64,000 nt of DNA from Lama glama (taxonomy: Eukaryota): the NCBI GenBank assembly GCA_028534125.1, contig CM052817.1, forward strand, positions 102,488,001-102,552,000. The letters are read 5' to 3'. Both the position numbers and the translations under genes were made by a program. Under the pieces are notes generated by a model. That model made no database searches. It had not been told where the DNA came from and saw nothing but the letters and a program-made list of their open reading frames with translations. Positions 63,790 to 64,000 of the stretch are shown here, one piece after another (the first letter of the stretch is position 1; each line of letters opens with the position of its first letter).

Positions 63790-64000
63790 GGCTGTCATCA
63801 CATTCTTCAGCTTACTTCTCAAGTCCTCTTTCAATGAACACTTTTCTGATCATTCCATTTAAAATCGCACGCCCCTCACCTCTACCTACCTAATCACCTC
63901 TACCTCTATTTTCCATTGTATTTACATCTTCTAACATGCTCTGTCATTTACTTATTGCGTTTGTCTGTTTGTTTATTGTTTATCTCTTCCCACTAGAATA
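63790..64000 (+). mobile_element. L2 LINE fragment running off the window end
   Basis: cattcttcagcttacttctcaagtcctctttcaatgaacacttttctgatc...tttattgtttatctcttcccactagaat. Confidence 0.65.

Overview
Mammalian genomic DNA, almost certainly camelid (it carries a Vic-1-type tRNA-derived SINE with a clean target-site duplication; I saw no Alu, Bov-tA or PRE1). The window holds the last two coding exons and 3' UTR of LRAT (+ strand), a 500-N assembly gap, and the whole RBM46 gene (+ strand). RBM46 has a CpG-island promoter, a non-coding exon 1, and coding exons 19285-19435, 20333-20800, 21294-22076 and 50237-50436. These splice to 1602 nt = 533 aa (3 RRMs plus a dsRBD-like domain). Two further phase-compatible acceptors in the 28-kb last intron give alternative C-termini (485 aa ending DREHSLFSLDLCRRIWRK; 470 aa ending GPF). 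The rest is AT-rich intron/intergenic DNA with L1, L2, MIR, LTR and Tigger/MER relics and a degenerate U2 snRNA retrocopy. I found no evidence of a new multi-gene system. The best leads are splicing/UTR regulatory features of RBM46, and they are hypotheses. Repeat family names come from recalled consensus sequences, not a search, and most repeat boundaries are approximate.
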